DNA of 64,000 bases, from NCBI GenBank assembly GCA_963703225.1, contig OY969801.1, positions 1,216,001 through 1,280,000 of the forward strand. The letters run 5' to 3'. The stretch comes from Candidatus Eiseniibacteriota bacterium. Lineage in GTDB: Bacteria; Eisenbacteria; RBG-16-71-46; SZUA-252. The translations under genes were made by a program, and so were the position numbers. Every line of letters begins with the position of its first letter. The first letter of the stretch is position 1. Shown here piece after piece: positions 33,470-42,954 of the stretch. Below the pieces are notes generated by a model. The model ran no database searches. It saw only the letters and a list, made by a program, of their open reading frames with translations, and was not told the origin of the DNA.

Positions 33470-33769
33470 ATGCCGACCTACGAGTACGAATGCCTCAAGT
33501 GCGGGAATCGGTTCGAGGTCTTCCAGCGGATGACAGACCCGCCCCGAAAGCGCTGCCCCAAGTGCAAAGGGAAGGTCCGACGCCTCGTTGGATCGGGGGC
33601 CGGCATGATCTTCAAGGGGACCGGCTTCTACGCGACCGACTATCGCTCCGAGTCGTATAAGAGTCAGAAGAAGAAGGAGTCAGGGGAGACCCCTAAGACA
33701 AAGGATGAATCGAAGCCGAAGGCCAAGCCGAAGACCGAAACCACCGGGGGCGACGGCAAATCCGTTTGA
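33470..33769 (+). CDS. FmdB-family zinc-ribbon protein
   Basis: MPTYEYECLKC...CPKC...FKGTGFYATDY. Confidence 0.9.
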   Translation: MPTYEYECLKCGNRFEVFQRMTDPPRKRCPKCKGKVRRLVGSGAGMIFKGTGFYATDYRSESYKSQKKKESGETPKTKDESKPKAKPKTETTGGDGKSV

Positions 33770-33795
33770 CTCAACAAGGTTGCCTCTGTTAGCGT
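33766..33795 (+). promoter_or_regulatory. Sigma70-type promoter candidate upstream of the dehydrogenase
   Basis: TTGACT-N18-TAGCGT with extended TG. Confidence 0.5.
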
Positions 33796-33905
33796 GCGGC
33801 CCGTCGTGGCAGGCGCGCTCCATCTCCGCCCCGGCCGATTGAGGCCAACCCCCTCAAGTGTTTTATCAATAACCAATTAATCGTAATGGCTAACCCAAAA
33901 CCAGA

Positions 33906-34994
33906 ATGAATTCGACCGTCCATCGCGTCACTCTCATTCCCGGGGATGGCACCGGCCCCGAGATCACCGTCGCGACGCGCCGAGTGCTGGAAGCGACCGG
34001 CGTCCGTTTCGACTGGGACATCCAGGAGGCGGGGACCGCGGTCCACGAGCGCGAGGGGACGCCGCTTCCCCAGCGCGTGCTCGATTCGCTCCGCAAGAAC
34101 AAGGTCGGCCTCAAGGGTCCGATCACCACGCCCGTCGGCTCCGGATTCAGGAGCGTCAACGTCGCGCTCCGCAAGGAGCTCGATCTCTACGCGTGCGAAC
34201 GCCCCTGCAAGTCCTATCCGGGCGTTCGGTCCCGTTACGAGAAGATCGACCTCGTCATCGTCCGGGAGAATACGGAGGATCTCTACGCCGGGATCGAGTT
34301 TCACGTCGGGAGCTCCGGGATGAAGGCGCTCCGCGAGCTCGTGCTCCGCGAGACGAAGCGGGAGATCAAAGAGGACGCGGGCGTCTCGATCAAGCCGATC
34401 AGCGTCTCGGGGACGGAGCGAATCGTCCGCCATGCGTTTCGATACGCCAACGCCAACCGTCGGAAGAGCGTCACGGCCGTCCACAAGGCCAACATCATGA
34501 AGGACACGGACGGGCTCTTTCTGGAAACCGCCCGGCGCGTGGCGGGGGAGTTCCCGGAAGTCGCCTTCAATGACCGCATCGTCGACAACATGTGCATGCA
34601 GCTCGTGCAGGTGCCCGAGGACTACGACGTGCTCGTCCTCCCCAATCTCTACGGCGACATCCTTTCCGATCTGGCCGCGGGCCTGGTCGGGGGACTGGGG
34701 GTTGCCCCGGGCGCCAACATCGGGGACACGGCCGCGCTCTTCGAGCCCACCCACGGCAGCGCGCCCAAGTACGCGGGAAAGGATCGGGTCAACCCTCTCG
34801 CCATGATTCTGAGCGGGATGCTGATGCTCCGCCATCTGGGGGAGATGGACGCCTCGAACCGCCTCGAGCGGGCGATCGCCAAGGTGATCCGCGAGGGCAC
34901 CAAGGTCACGTACGACATGAAGCCTCGCCGCGACGATCCCACGGCCGTGGGCACTCAGGCCGCAGCGGACGCCGTCATCGAGGCGATGGGGTAA
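33906..34994 (+). CDS. icd: Isocitrate/isopropylmalate dehydrogenase family protein (probably isocitrate dehydrogenase)
   Basis: [55 protein letters not shown]. Confidence 0.85.
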   Translation: MNSTVHRVTLIPGDGTGPEITVATRRVLEATGVRFDWDIQEAGTAVHEREGTPLPQRVLDSLRKNKVGLKGPITTPVGSGFRSVNVALRKELDLYACERPCKSYPGVRSRYEKIDLVIVRENTEDLYAGIEFHVGSSGMKALRELVLRETKREIKEDAGVSIKPISVSGTERIVRHAFRYANANRRKSVTAVHKANIMKDTDGLFLETARRVAGEFPEVAFNDRIVDNMCMQLVQVPEDYDVLVLPNLYGDILSDLAAGLVGGLGVAPGANIGDTAALFEPTHGSAPKYAGKDRVNPLAMILSGMLMLRHLGEMDASNRLERAIAKVIREGTKVTYDMKPRRDDPTAVGTQAAADAVIEAMG

Positions 34995-35000
34995 CAGCCG

Positions 35001-36044
35001 ATGCCGATTTTCGCGGACCGCGCGTCGATTCACGTTATCGGCGGCCGCGGAGGGAGCGGCTGCGTCAGCTTCCGGCGGGAGAAATACGTTCCCAAGGGGG
35101 GCCCTGACGGAGGGGACGGAGGGGACGGCGGGAGCGTCATCCTGACCGTGAACGAGCACCTCCGCACGCTGCTCGACTTTCAGTCGCGGACGCTTTTCCG
35201 GGCGCCGGCGGGCGCGCACGGGTCGGGGAACCAGCGCAGCGGGAAGGGCGGCGACGATCTTCTCGTCCCGGTCCCTCGCGGGACGCTCGTGATCGACGAG
35301 GAGACCGAGGCGACGCTGGCCGATCTCGTCGACCCAGAGGCGACGCTCGTGGCGGCCCAGGGCGGCCTCGGCGGGCGAGGGAACGCGCGGTTCGCCACGT
35401 CGACGAACCAGGCGCCGCGGAAGGCCGAGCCCGGAACGGCCGGCGAAGATCGGCGGGTTCGCCTGGAGCTGCGGCTGATCGCCGATGTCGGGCTCGTCGG
35501 GCTGCCGAACGTGGGGAAGTCGACGCTCTTGTCGCGGCTGAGCGCGGCGCGGCCGAAGATCGCCGACTACCCGTTCACGACGCTGGAGCCCCACCTTGGC
35601 CTGGTGCGGATCGAAGCGGAGCGGAGCTTCGTGCTCGCGGATCTGCCGGGGTTGATCGAAGGGGCGCACGCCGGAAAGGGGCTGGGCCACGAGTTCCTCC
35701 GGCACGTGTGGCGGACGCGGATCCTGGTCGTGCTCATCGACAGCGTTTCCGACGACCCGGCCCGCGACTATGAAATTCTCAGGGGAGAGCTCCGCCAGTA
35801 CAACGAGGAGCTCGCGAAGAAGCCGACGGTCGTCGTCCTGAGCCGGTGTGACTTGGCTGCGGGGGAGGAGGCCGCGCCATTTCAGCTCGGTGGGGCGAGG
35901 TGGGGGGGCCGGATCTCGGGGGTGACCGGCGAAGGAACGAAGGTTCTCTTGGAGTTGATTTGGACTATGCTCATGGAGTCGGGTGGCGCCGGACGGGAGG
36001 CGCGCCCGTGGGACGGCGATCAGGTCGCCGACATCAAGGAGTGA
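35001..36044 (+). CDS. obgE: GTPase Obg
   Basis: SFRREKYVPKGGPDGGDGG, GLPNVGKST, YPFTT, DLPG. Confidence 0.96.
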   Translation: MPIFADRASIHVIGGRGGSGCVSFRREKYVPKGGPDGGDGGDGGSVILTVNEHLRTLLDFQSRTLFRAPAGAHGSGNQRSGKGGDDLLVPVPRGTLVIDEETEATLADLVDPEATLVAAQGGLGGRGNARFATSTNQAPRKAEPGTAGEDRRVRLELRLIADVGLVGLPNVGKSTLLSRLSAARPKIADYPFTTLEPHLGLVRIEAERSFVLADLPGLIEGAHAGKGLGHEFLRHVWRTRILVVLIDSVSDDPARDYEILRGELRQYNEELAKKPTVVVLSRCDLAAGEEAAPFQLGGARWGGRISGVTGEGTKVLLELIWTMLMESGGAGREARPWDGDQVADIKE

Positions 36045-36048
36045 CCGA

Positions 36049-36669
36049 GTGATCCCCAAGGATGCGGCCCGGCTGTGGGAAGAGTTGCGGCACCGGGAGC
36101 CTGAAGAAAAGCTGGAGTGGATCCGGGAGTTGGCGCGCAACCCAACGCCCGACTCGATCGAGATCCTGCTCGACGTCCTGAAGCAGGAGAGCTGGTTCCT
36201 CCGGGACCAGGCGGCTCGGGCCCTGGCGACGCTCGGCGAGGTGGTCTTCGATCCCCTCGTCGAGTACTTGGGTTCGGGCCTGTGGTACACGCGCACCGCG
36301 TCCGCGTCCGCGCTGGGAAAAATGGGATTGCCCGCCGCGGCGAGGCCCTTGACCCAGTTGCTGCGCGATCCAAACCGGACCGTTCGGGATGCGGCGCGCG
36401 ACGCGCTCGTTCTCCTCTGCGGAAGCGACGTGGGGTGCTTTGAAGTCGCGGTTGCGTTTCATGCGCTCCCGGAGCGCGCCCGCCGGTTCGCCGTCGATGG
36501 CCTGGCCACGCGCGACCCCGAGGCTGCCGATCGCGTCGCGCGGCTCTTGCACGACCCGGCGCTGTCGAGTGCCGCCGACCAGCGCCATCTGGCCCGCGCG
36601 GTGAACGAGGTCGGCTTCCGCTGGGAGGACGTGGTGGGAGGGGACGAGGCCGACTCGGAGTCCGGCTGA
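36049..36669 (+). CDS. HEAT-repeat protein
   Basis: Repeats WFLRDQAARAL, WYTRTASASALG, DPNRTVRDAARDAL. Confidence 0.75.
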   Translation: MIPKDAARLWEELRHREPEEKLEWIRELARNPTPDSIEILLDVLKQESWFLRDQAARALATLGEVVFDPLVEYLGSGLWYTRTASASALGKMGLPAAARPLTQLLRDPNRTVRDAARDALVLLCGSDVGCFEVAVAFHALPERARRFAVDGLATRDPEAADRVARLLHDPALSSAADQRHLARAVNEVGFRWEDVVGGDEADSESG

Positions 36670-36697
36670 ACGCTTCGGGGCGGGACGTGGGGGTGGG

Positions 36698-37621
36698 GTG
36701 GAGGAGGGAATTCCAGGACCGGTGGCGCGCGCGGTCGGGCGCGCCGTCTCCATTGACGATCCGTCCTACCCCGCCGGCCTGCGCTCCCTGCCCGGCGCTC
36801 CCCCGGTGGTCTTCCTCGAGGGGAGCTGGCTCCTGCGATCCCGCTGCGTCGCGTTGGTCGGTGCGCGCGACGCGACCGACGATGGGATCGATGTCGCGCG
36901 GGATCTTGCCAGGTCGCTGGCCGAAGCAGGCGTCGCGGTCGTGAGCGGCCTGGCTCGCGGCATCGACGCCGCGGCGCACCGCGGCGCGCTCGACGCCGGC
37001 GGCCAAAGCGGTGCCGTGCTCGGAACGCCCCTCGATCGGTGTTACCCGGCGGAGCATCGCGCCCTGCAGCAAGAGCTCGCCGGCTCGCTCGGTCTCTTGA
37101 GCGAGCATCCTCCCGGCTCTCCCGCCACCGCGCGCACGTTTGCCTCGCGCAATCGGCTGCTCGCCGCCATCGCGGACGCGGTCGTCGTCGTCCAGGGTGG
37201 GGAGCAAAGCGGTGCGCTTCTCACGGCGGAGGCGGCGCGGCGGTTGGGAAGACCCGTGGGGGCGGTCCCCTGGGACAGCCGTGATCCGCTGGGAGCAGCG
37301 CCTCACGCGCTCATCCGGTCGGGCGCGGCGACGCTCGTCCGCGGTGGCCAGGACATTCTGGATCTCGTCGGAATCGGTTCCATCCCTTCCCTCGGAGCGG
37401 CCCGTCGTCGCCCGCTTCCATCGGCCCCGCGATCGGCCATGGGCGAGCAGGAGGAGCGGCTCCTGCGTGCGCTTCGAGAACGGCCGCGGCCGCTCGAGAC
37501 GGCGGCGAGAGAGGCGGAGCTGACCATCGCCGAGGCGAGCGCCGCGCTGGTCCTCCTCGAGATCCTGGGGCGCGCCCGCCGAGATCCTGGCGGCGCGGTG
37601 CGCCGCGTCGGGCGGCTCTGA
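36698..37621 (+). CDS. dprA: DNA-processing protein A
   Basis: VALVGAR, VSGLARGIDAAAH, FASRNR, SGALLTA, C-terminal winged helix. Confidence 0.93.
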   Translation: MEEGIPGPVARAVGRAVSIDDPSYPAGLRSLPGAPPVVFLEGSWLLRSRCVALVGARDATDDGIDVARDLARSLAEAGVAVVSGLARGIDAAAHRGALDAGGQSGAVLGTPLDRCYPAEHRALQQELAGSLGLLSEHPPGSPATARTFASRNRLLAAIADAVVVVQGGEQSGALLTAEAARRLGRPVGAVPWDSRDPLGAAPHALIRSGAATLVRGGQDILDLVGIGSIPSLGAARRRPLPSAPRSAMGEQEERLLRALRERPRPLETAAREAELTIAEASAALVLLEILGRARRDPGGAVRRVGRL

Positions 37622-37622
37622 G

Positions 37623-38567
37623 ATGGGTCGAAGCCCGCTCCGCCCGCTTCGGCAGCGCCTCGAGGCCGGCTCGCTCCGGGCGCTCGGCTCGCTCGCGCGC
37701 GCACTCCCGTTTGAGCAGGCGAGCGATCTGGGCGCGGCGCTCGGGATCGCGGCCTACCGCCTCCTCGGCCGCCGCCGTCGGATCGCCACGGAAAACGTGG
37801 AGCGCGTGCTCGGGTCCAATCCCGACGGAATGACGCCCGACTCGTTGGTGCGCCGCGCCTTCTCGCAGCTCGGCCGGACCTTCGTCGAGTTCCTGGCCCT
37901 TCCCTCGCGGCGCCCCGAAGATCTGTTGGCCCGGATCGAATTCGAGGGTTTCGAGCCGATCGAGTCTTTGGCGCGCGCCCGGAAGGGCGCCGTGCTCGTG
38001 ACGGGGCACTTTGGAAACTGGGAGTTGTTCGGCGCGGCCGCCGGCGCCCGGTACGCGCCGATGAAGTACCTCCTGCCGCGCCAGACCAATCCCTGGAGCG
38101 ACGCCTACCTGAACGACGTCCGACGTCGCGTCGGGGTCGAACCGTTCATGATCGAGACCGACATGAGGGCCGCGATGCGCGCGCTCAAGGCCGGATCGTT
38201 TCTGGGGATGCTGCCCGACCAGGACGCCCGTCGCGCGGGGATCCACGTGCCCTTCTTCGATCGGCCCGCCTCGACCCACGCGGGGCCCGCGCGGCTGGCG
38301 CTCGCCGCGAACGTCCCGCTCTTGGTCGGCGTGCTCGAGCGCGCGGGGCGGGGGAGGTTTCGGGCGAGGCTCCTCGCGCTGCTCGTGCCGGATCCCTCGC
38401 GCGAGAGGGAATCCGAGGTTTTCCGCCTGACGGCGGAGATGACGCGCGCGCTCGAGGGGGCGATCCGGGCGCGCCCGGATCATTGGTATTGGATCCACCG
38501 GCGATGGAAGACGCCACCCAATGAAGGGCCGCGGGTGGAAGCGGAATCCACCCTGCTCAGGAAGTGA
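37623..38567 (+). CDS. Lipid A late acyltransferase family (LpxL-like)
   Basis: GHFGNWE, LPDQD, VPFF, WYWIHRRWK. Confidence 0.88.
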   Translation: MGRSPLRPLRQRLEAGSLRALGSLARALPFEQASDLGAALGIAAYRLLGRRRRIATENVERVLGSNPDGMTPDSLVRRAFSQLGRTFVEFLALPSRRPEDLLARIEFEGFEPIESLARARKGAVLVTGHFGNWELFGAAAGARYAPMKYLLPRQTNPWSDAYLNDVRRRVGVEPFMIETDMRAAMRALKAGSFLGMLPDQDARRAGIHVPFFDRPASTHAGPARLALAANVPLLVGVLERAGRGRFRARLLALLVPDPSRERESEVFRLTAEMTRALEGAIRARPDHWYWIHRRWKTPPNEGPRVEAESTLLRK

Positions 38568-38865
38568 AGCCGATCTCCTTGTTCGATTGCCCTTCGGCCA
38601 GCGTCCGGATCTTGCCGAACTGCTCCTCGTATTTCTTGATATTCGTCTCCAGCGCGCTGAGCAGGGCCCGAACGTTGGGCGGGGTCATCACGATCCGGGC
38701 AAAGACCTTGCTCTTCGGGGTGCCCGGGAGAATCCGAGCGAAGTCGAGCACGAACTCGGAGAGGGAGTGGCTGATGACCACGAAATTCGAGTAGATACCC
38801 TCCGCCTCTTTCTCCCCGATCTCCATGTTGATCTGCGGGCCTTCTGCTTGGCGCTTCGCCTCCAT
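38557..38865 (-). CDS. DUF3467-like small conserved protein
   Basis: EGIYSNFVVISHSLSEFVLDF...ARIVMTP...YEEQFGKI; GAGGAGG RBS. Confidence 0.82.
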   Translation of the reverse strand: MEAKRQAEGPQINMEIGEKEAEGIYSNFVVISHSLSEFVLDFARILPGTPKSKVFARIVMTPPNVRALLSALETNIKKYEEQFGKIRTLAEGQSNKEIGFTS

Positions 38866-39000
38866 CCGTAAGCCTCCTCTTTTCAATTATTTATCGGCCG
38901 ACTCCCGCCTCAAGATAGGACCGCCGGTGCCGTTAATCAACCTGAGTATTGTGACAAGGGGGCGTTCCTGTCTCCGGGTGGCACCGACGGGAGGGGCCGA

Positions 39001-41214
39001 ATGGGCATCAAGAAATCGTCGGGCACCGCAAGGCTGGAGGAGCAGGTCGTCCTCGCCTGGAAGCGCTTCGCCACCCGTCGGATCGGCTCGGCCGACCGGG
39101 CCGCCGAGGGCACCTGCTATCTCGAATCGAGGCCTTGCCCGTTCGAGTCCCGTCCCGACTTCGAATCCCGCTTCACCAAGGACTGCGTCCACTGCGCCCG
39201 CATGCAGGGTGCCGTGGAGCGAATCGGGGCGGTGCCCGCGGGTACCTCGGGCGCTTTGCCGACCCTCGAGCTCCTGCTCCGGCTCCTCGAAGAGGAGGGG
39301 CATGGGGGCTCCGAGGTGGTGGCCGAGGAAGAGGACGGTCGTTATCGGGCGGCGGCGCTCCTCCTCCGTTCGCTCCCGCTGCTGCACGCTTCCACCCACC
39401 CGCTTCGGACGGCCCACATCCTCCTCGCGGCCATCGCTGGCGCCTTCAACGAGGTGATCGACTCGGTCCTCTTCTTCGAGGTCATCCCAGAGTCCGGAGC
39501 GCTTGGTCTCGAGGCTTCCTTCCGCCGCTCCGACCTCGACGTCGGTGTGGCGCCCGAGGGATTCCTGGATGTCGAGGCGCTGGAGGCAGCGGGCGCGTTC
39601 GACGGCTCCGTCTTCGATCGGCTTCGTGCCGCCGCGATCCCGCTCGACCAGGATCGGGACTTGCTTGCGGACGCCGTCTACGACGGCCGGACCGCGGTGG
39701 TGCCCCTTCCCGGGCGCGAGCTCAGGCTTCCGACCATTCTCGTGGAGCACCTTCCGGATGCCCCTGCGGCGATCCTCCCGGTTTTCGGACGCGAGCGGGT
39801 CCGCGGGCTCCTCGTCCTCTCGGCGGCGCCGGGCATCGCCGGATGGACGTCGGATCAGATGGAGCTTCTGAGCGCCGTGGCCTCGCAGGCAGGGATCGCG
39901 CTCGAAGCGTCCGGGCTTCTCGACCTCGCGCGTCGCCGGGGCTCCGGTATCCGCGCGCTGATCGAGTTCGCGGCCCAGGCTCTCAAGGCGGGCACCCCCG
40001 AGCCGTGGCCCGAGGCGACGCTCCACGCGCTTCTGACCGCCGCGGAGGGGGACATCGGCGTGGCCTGGTGGCGCGGCGGGGACGAGGCATTCTCCGTCGT
40101 CGCGGCGCAGGGTGACCCCGGCGCCGGAGAACGCGACCTGAACGAGGTGGGAGAAGGGATCAGCCACTGGTTCGACGCCGACGCGCGGCCGATCATCATC
40201 GAGGACATTCGCTCCGATCCGAGACTTCCCGGAACCCTCCCCGAGGAGTGGGGATCGGCGCTCGCGGTCCCGCTCCGATCGGATGGCGCGCTCCGCGGCG
40301 CGGTCCTGCTCGTGCGCCGCAGCGGTGGCGAGGTGGCCCCGGTCGAGCCCTTCGACGGCGAGGACGCGCAGGTGGCGGCGATGGCGGCCGCGATCGCGAC
40401 CCTCGCGGCGCTCAAGGACGGTTCGGAGGAAGCATCCTCTCTCGCGGGGCGGCGCGTCCAGGAACTGGAGGCCCAGCTTCGGCACGCCGAGAAGCTCGCG
40501 GTGGTCGGCGAGCGAGGGATCCAGGTGGCGCAGGAGATCCGCAATCCGATCGCGGCGATCACCGGATTCGCCCGCCGAGTGCTTCGGAGCGTGGGTCCCG
40601 ACGATCCGAATCGCGAATTCTTGGAAATCATTCTGCGCGAGACCGAACGCCTCGAGCGGATCCTGACCGAGCAGGTCTCGCTGGCGCAGATGACGCGCCC
40701 GAGGCTCAAGCTCCAGAGCCTGAACACGCTCGTCCAGGAAGTGCTCGAGACCCAATCCGAAGAGCTGGTCAAGAGACGGATCCGACTCCTCAAGCGACTC
40801 TCGCCGGACGTGCCGAGCCTCCTGATCGACAACGAGAAGATGCGCCAGGTGCTCGTGAACGTTCTCCAGTACGCGCTCCATCAGGTTCCGAGCGGCGGAC
40901 GGGTTCGCGTGGAGACCCGCAGTGGCGCGGGGCACGTGCAGGCCGAGGTGGCACACGACGGTCCCAAGACACCCGGTGAGAGCCTCGACCGGCTCTTCGT
41001 TCCGTTCTCGGCGACCCGCCGCTACGGCGCGGGAGTGGGGCTCGCGGTCGCGTACCAGATCGTGCGGGAGCACGGCGGCGAGATCCGCGCGCGGAGCGAA
41101 GGGGATTGGAGCAGCATCGTCACGATCTACCTGCCGGTCCGCGAGAACCACGACCGGCGCGGCAAGCCCGACCGCAGGGGCGGCCGAAACGACCGGCGGC
41201 GCCGCCTGGCCTAG
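39001..41214 (+). CDS. Soluble GAF-GAF sensor with degenerate histidine-kinase module
   Basis: Two GAF-like domains, DHp reading AQEIRNP, HATPase-like LFVPF and GAGVGL; catalytic residues substituted. Confidence 0.85.
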   Translation: MGIKKSSGTARLEEQVVLAWKRFATRRIGSADRAAEGTCYLESRPCPFESRPDFESRFTKDCVHCARMQGAVERIGAVPAGTSGALPTLELLLRLLEEEGHGGSEVVAEEEDGRYRAAALLLRSLPLLHASTHPLRTAHILLAAIAGAFNEVIDSVLFFEVIPESGALGLEASFRRSDLDVGVAPEGFLDVEALEAAGAFDGSVFDRLRAAAIPLDQDRDLLADAVYDGRTAVVPLPGRELRLPTILVEHLPDAPAAILPVFGRERVRGLLVLSAAPGIAGWTSDQMELLSAVASQAGIALEASGLLDLARRRGSGIRALIEFAAQALKAGTPEPWPEATLHALLTAAEGDIGVAWWRGGDEAFSVVAAQGDPGAGERDLNEVGEGISHWFDADARPIIIEDIRSDPRLPGTLPEEWGSALAVPLRSDGALRGAVLLVRRSGGEVAPVEPFDGEDAQVAAMAAAIATLAALKDGSEEASSLAGRRVQELEAQLRHAEKLAVVGERGIQVAQEIRNPIAAITGFARRVLRSVGPDDPNREFLEIILRETERLERILTEQVSLAQMTRPRLKLQSLNTLVQEVLETQSEELVKRRIRLLKRLSPDVPSLLIDNEKMRQVLVNVLQYALHQVPSGGRVRVETRSGAGHVQAEVAHDGPKTPGESLDRLFVPFSATRRYGAGVGLAVAYQIVREHGGEIRARSEGDWSSIVTIYLPVRENHDRRGKPDRRGGRNDRRRRLA

Positions 41215-41258
41215 CGTTTGACCCCGAACGCACTGGCGTGATAGCCTTTCCGACCGGC

Positions 41259-41334
41259 GCGACCCTAGCTCAGTTGGTAGAGCACCACACTGAAAATGTG
41301 GGTGTCCGCAGTTCGATTCTGCGGGGTCGCACCA
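41259..41334 (+). tRNA. tRNA-Phe(GAA)
   Basis: GCGACCC/GGGTCGC acceptor, CCACA-CTGAAAA-TGTGG anticodon arm, TTCGA T-loop, encoded CCA. Confidence 0.96.
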
Positions 41335-41384
41335 CTTTTATTCTCGGCTCTCCCCCCGCGACATCCGGGGTTCTTGCTTCGCGA

Positions 41385-41460
41385 GCTGGTGTAGCTCAGC
41401 TGGTAGAGCAACGCACTCGTAATGCGTAGGTCAGCGGTTCGATTCCGCTCACCAGCTCCA
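41385..41460 (+). tRNA. tRNA-Thr(CGT)
   Basis: GCTGGTG/CACCAGC acceptor, ACGCA-CTCGTAA-TGCGT anticodon arm, encoded CCA. Confidence 0.96.
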
Positions 41461-41498
41461 CTCATGGGACGGCCGGTCCCGCCGAACGGCCCAACGAT

Positions 41499-42948
41499 AT
41501 GACGAACAAAGAACGCGCCGCGCCCCAGCCATCGAGGGACGCGGCCGCGGCCCCACCCAGCGATCCGTGGCGCGGCCTCATGGTCAGCGCCTCGGGCGTT
41601 CGCGGCATCGTCGGCGAAGCGCTGACGCCCGAGGTGATCCTCCGCTTCGCGGGCGCGCACGGCTCGCTCCTCGCCGCGGGCCCGGTCGTGATCGGGCGCG
41701 ATTCGCGTCCGAGCGGCGCCTGGGTCACGCGCGCCGCCGAGGCGGCTCTCCTGGCGACCGGGCACGACGTCGTCGACGTCGGGATCGCTCCGACCCCGAC
41801 CATTCTCTTCGCCATCGGCCATCATGGCGCGTGCGGCGGCCTCGCGGTGACCGCGAGCCACAATCCCGCCCCCTGGAACGCGCTCAAGCTCTTCGGTCCC
41901 GGCGGGACGTTTCTCCCTCCCGCGCTGTCGGAAGCGGTCGCGCGACGGGCGCTCGAAGGAACGGTGTCGTGGGTCCGCGCCGATCGGGTCGGCGCGCACA
42001 GGGACGACGGGGAGGCGATCCGGCGCCACCGGGAGGCGATCCTCGCCTTGGCGGGGCTTCATCCCACGCGGATCGCGTCGCGGGGCTTCCGCGTCGCGAT
42101 CGACTGCGTGAACGGCGCCGGATCGCTGGCGACCCCCCCGCTTCTCCGGGCGCTCGGTTGTCACGTGGAGGAGCTCTACTGCACGCCCGACGGAAAATTT
42201 CCGCGAGTGCCGGAGCCGCTGCCCGAACATCTCGGGGCCCTGGGTGATCTCGTCCGCCGCACCGGTGCCGCGATCGGATTCGCCAACGATCCCGACGCCG
42301 ATCGATTGGCGATCGTCGATGAGCGGGGAGAGCCGATCGGGGAGGAGCGGACGCTGCAGATCGCGGTCGACTGGGCGCTCGCGCGCAAGCCGGGCCCGGT
42401 GATCGTCAACGCGTCGACCTCGATGGCGATCGAGACGATCGCGCGGCGCTACGGCGCGCCGGTGGAGCGAACACGGGTCGGCGAAGCCCACGTGGCGCAG
42501 GCGCTGCTCGAGCGGGGCGGCGTCATCGGAGGCGAGGGAAACGGCGGCGTGATCTATCCCGACGCTCCACGCGACGCGCGACGGGCTTTTGGCCGCGGCC
42601 ATCGCCCTCGATTGGTTGTCGACGGACAAGCTCCCGCTCAGCGCGCGGATCGCCGCGCTCCCTCCGGTGGTGATGGTAAAGCGGAAACTCGATCTTCGCC
42701 TCGCGGACGCGGCGGCGCTCGCCCAGGCCCTCACCCGTGAGTTCCCGGACGCGGAGCGCAATCTGCTGGACGGAGAAAAGTACCTCTGGGAAGATGGATG
42801 GGTTCAGGTCCGTCCCTCGGGGACGGAGCCGATCGTTCGGATCATCGCCGAAGCGACGACCCGGGATCGCGCAGAGACGCTCGCCGCGCGGGCCCAGGCG
42901 GCGACGGAGCGCTCTCAGTCGGCACAGACTGCGGTACGGGGGGCTTAA
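41499..42948 (+). CDS. glmM: Phosphoglucosamine/phosphomannomutase family (frameshift near 42560)
   Basis: SGVRG, GRDSR, TASHNP, DPDADR, GGEGNGG, RPSGTEP; directly upstream of glmS. Confidence 0.85.
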
Positions 42949-42954
42949 CCAATC

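Noticed and set aside
33789..36296. 835 aa antisense ORF, and similar ones at 38887..41151 and 59176..61083
   Set aside because: Shadow frames of well-supported + strand genes in high-GC DNA, with no recognisable motifs.
41259..41460. tRNA-targeted integrative element (also considered at 46254 and 61048-61263)
   Set aside because: No integrase, no duplicated tRNA 3' end, and housekeeping genes on both sides.
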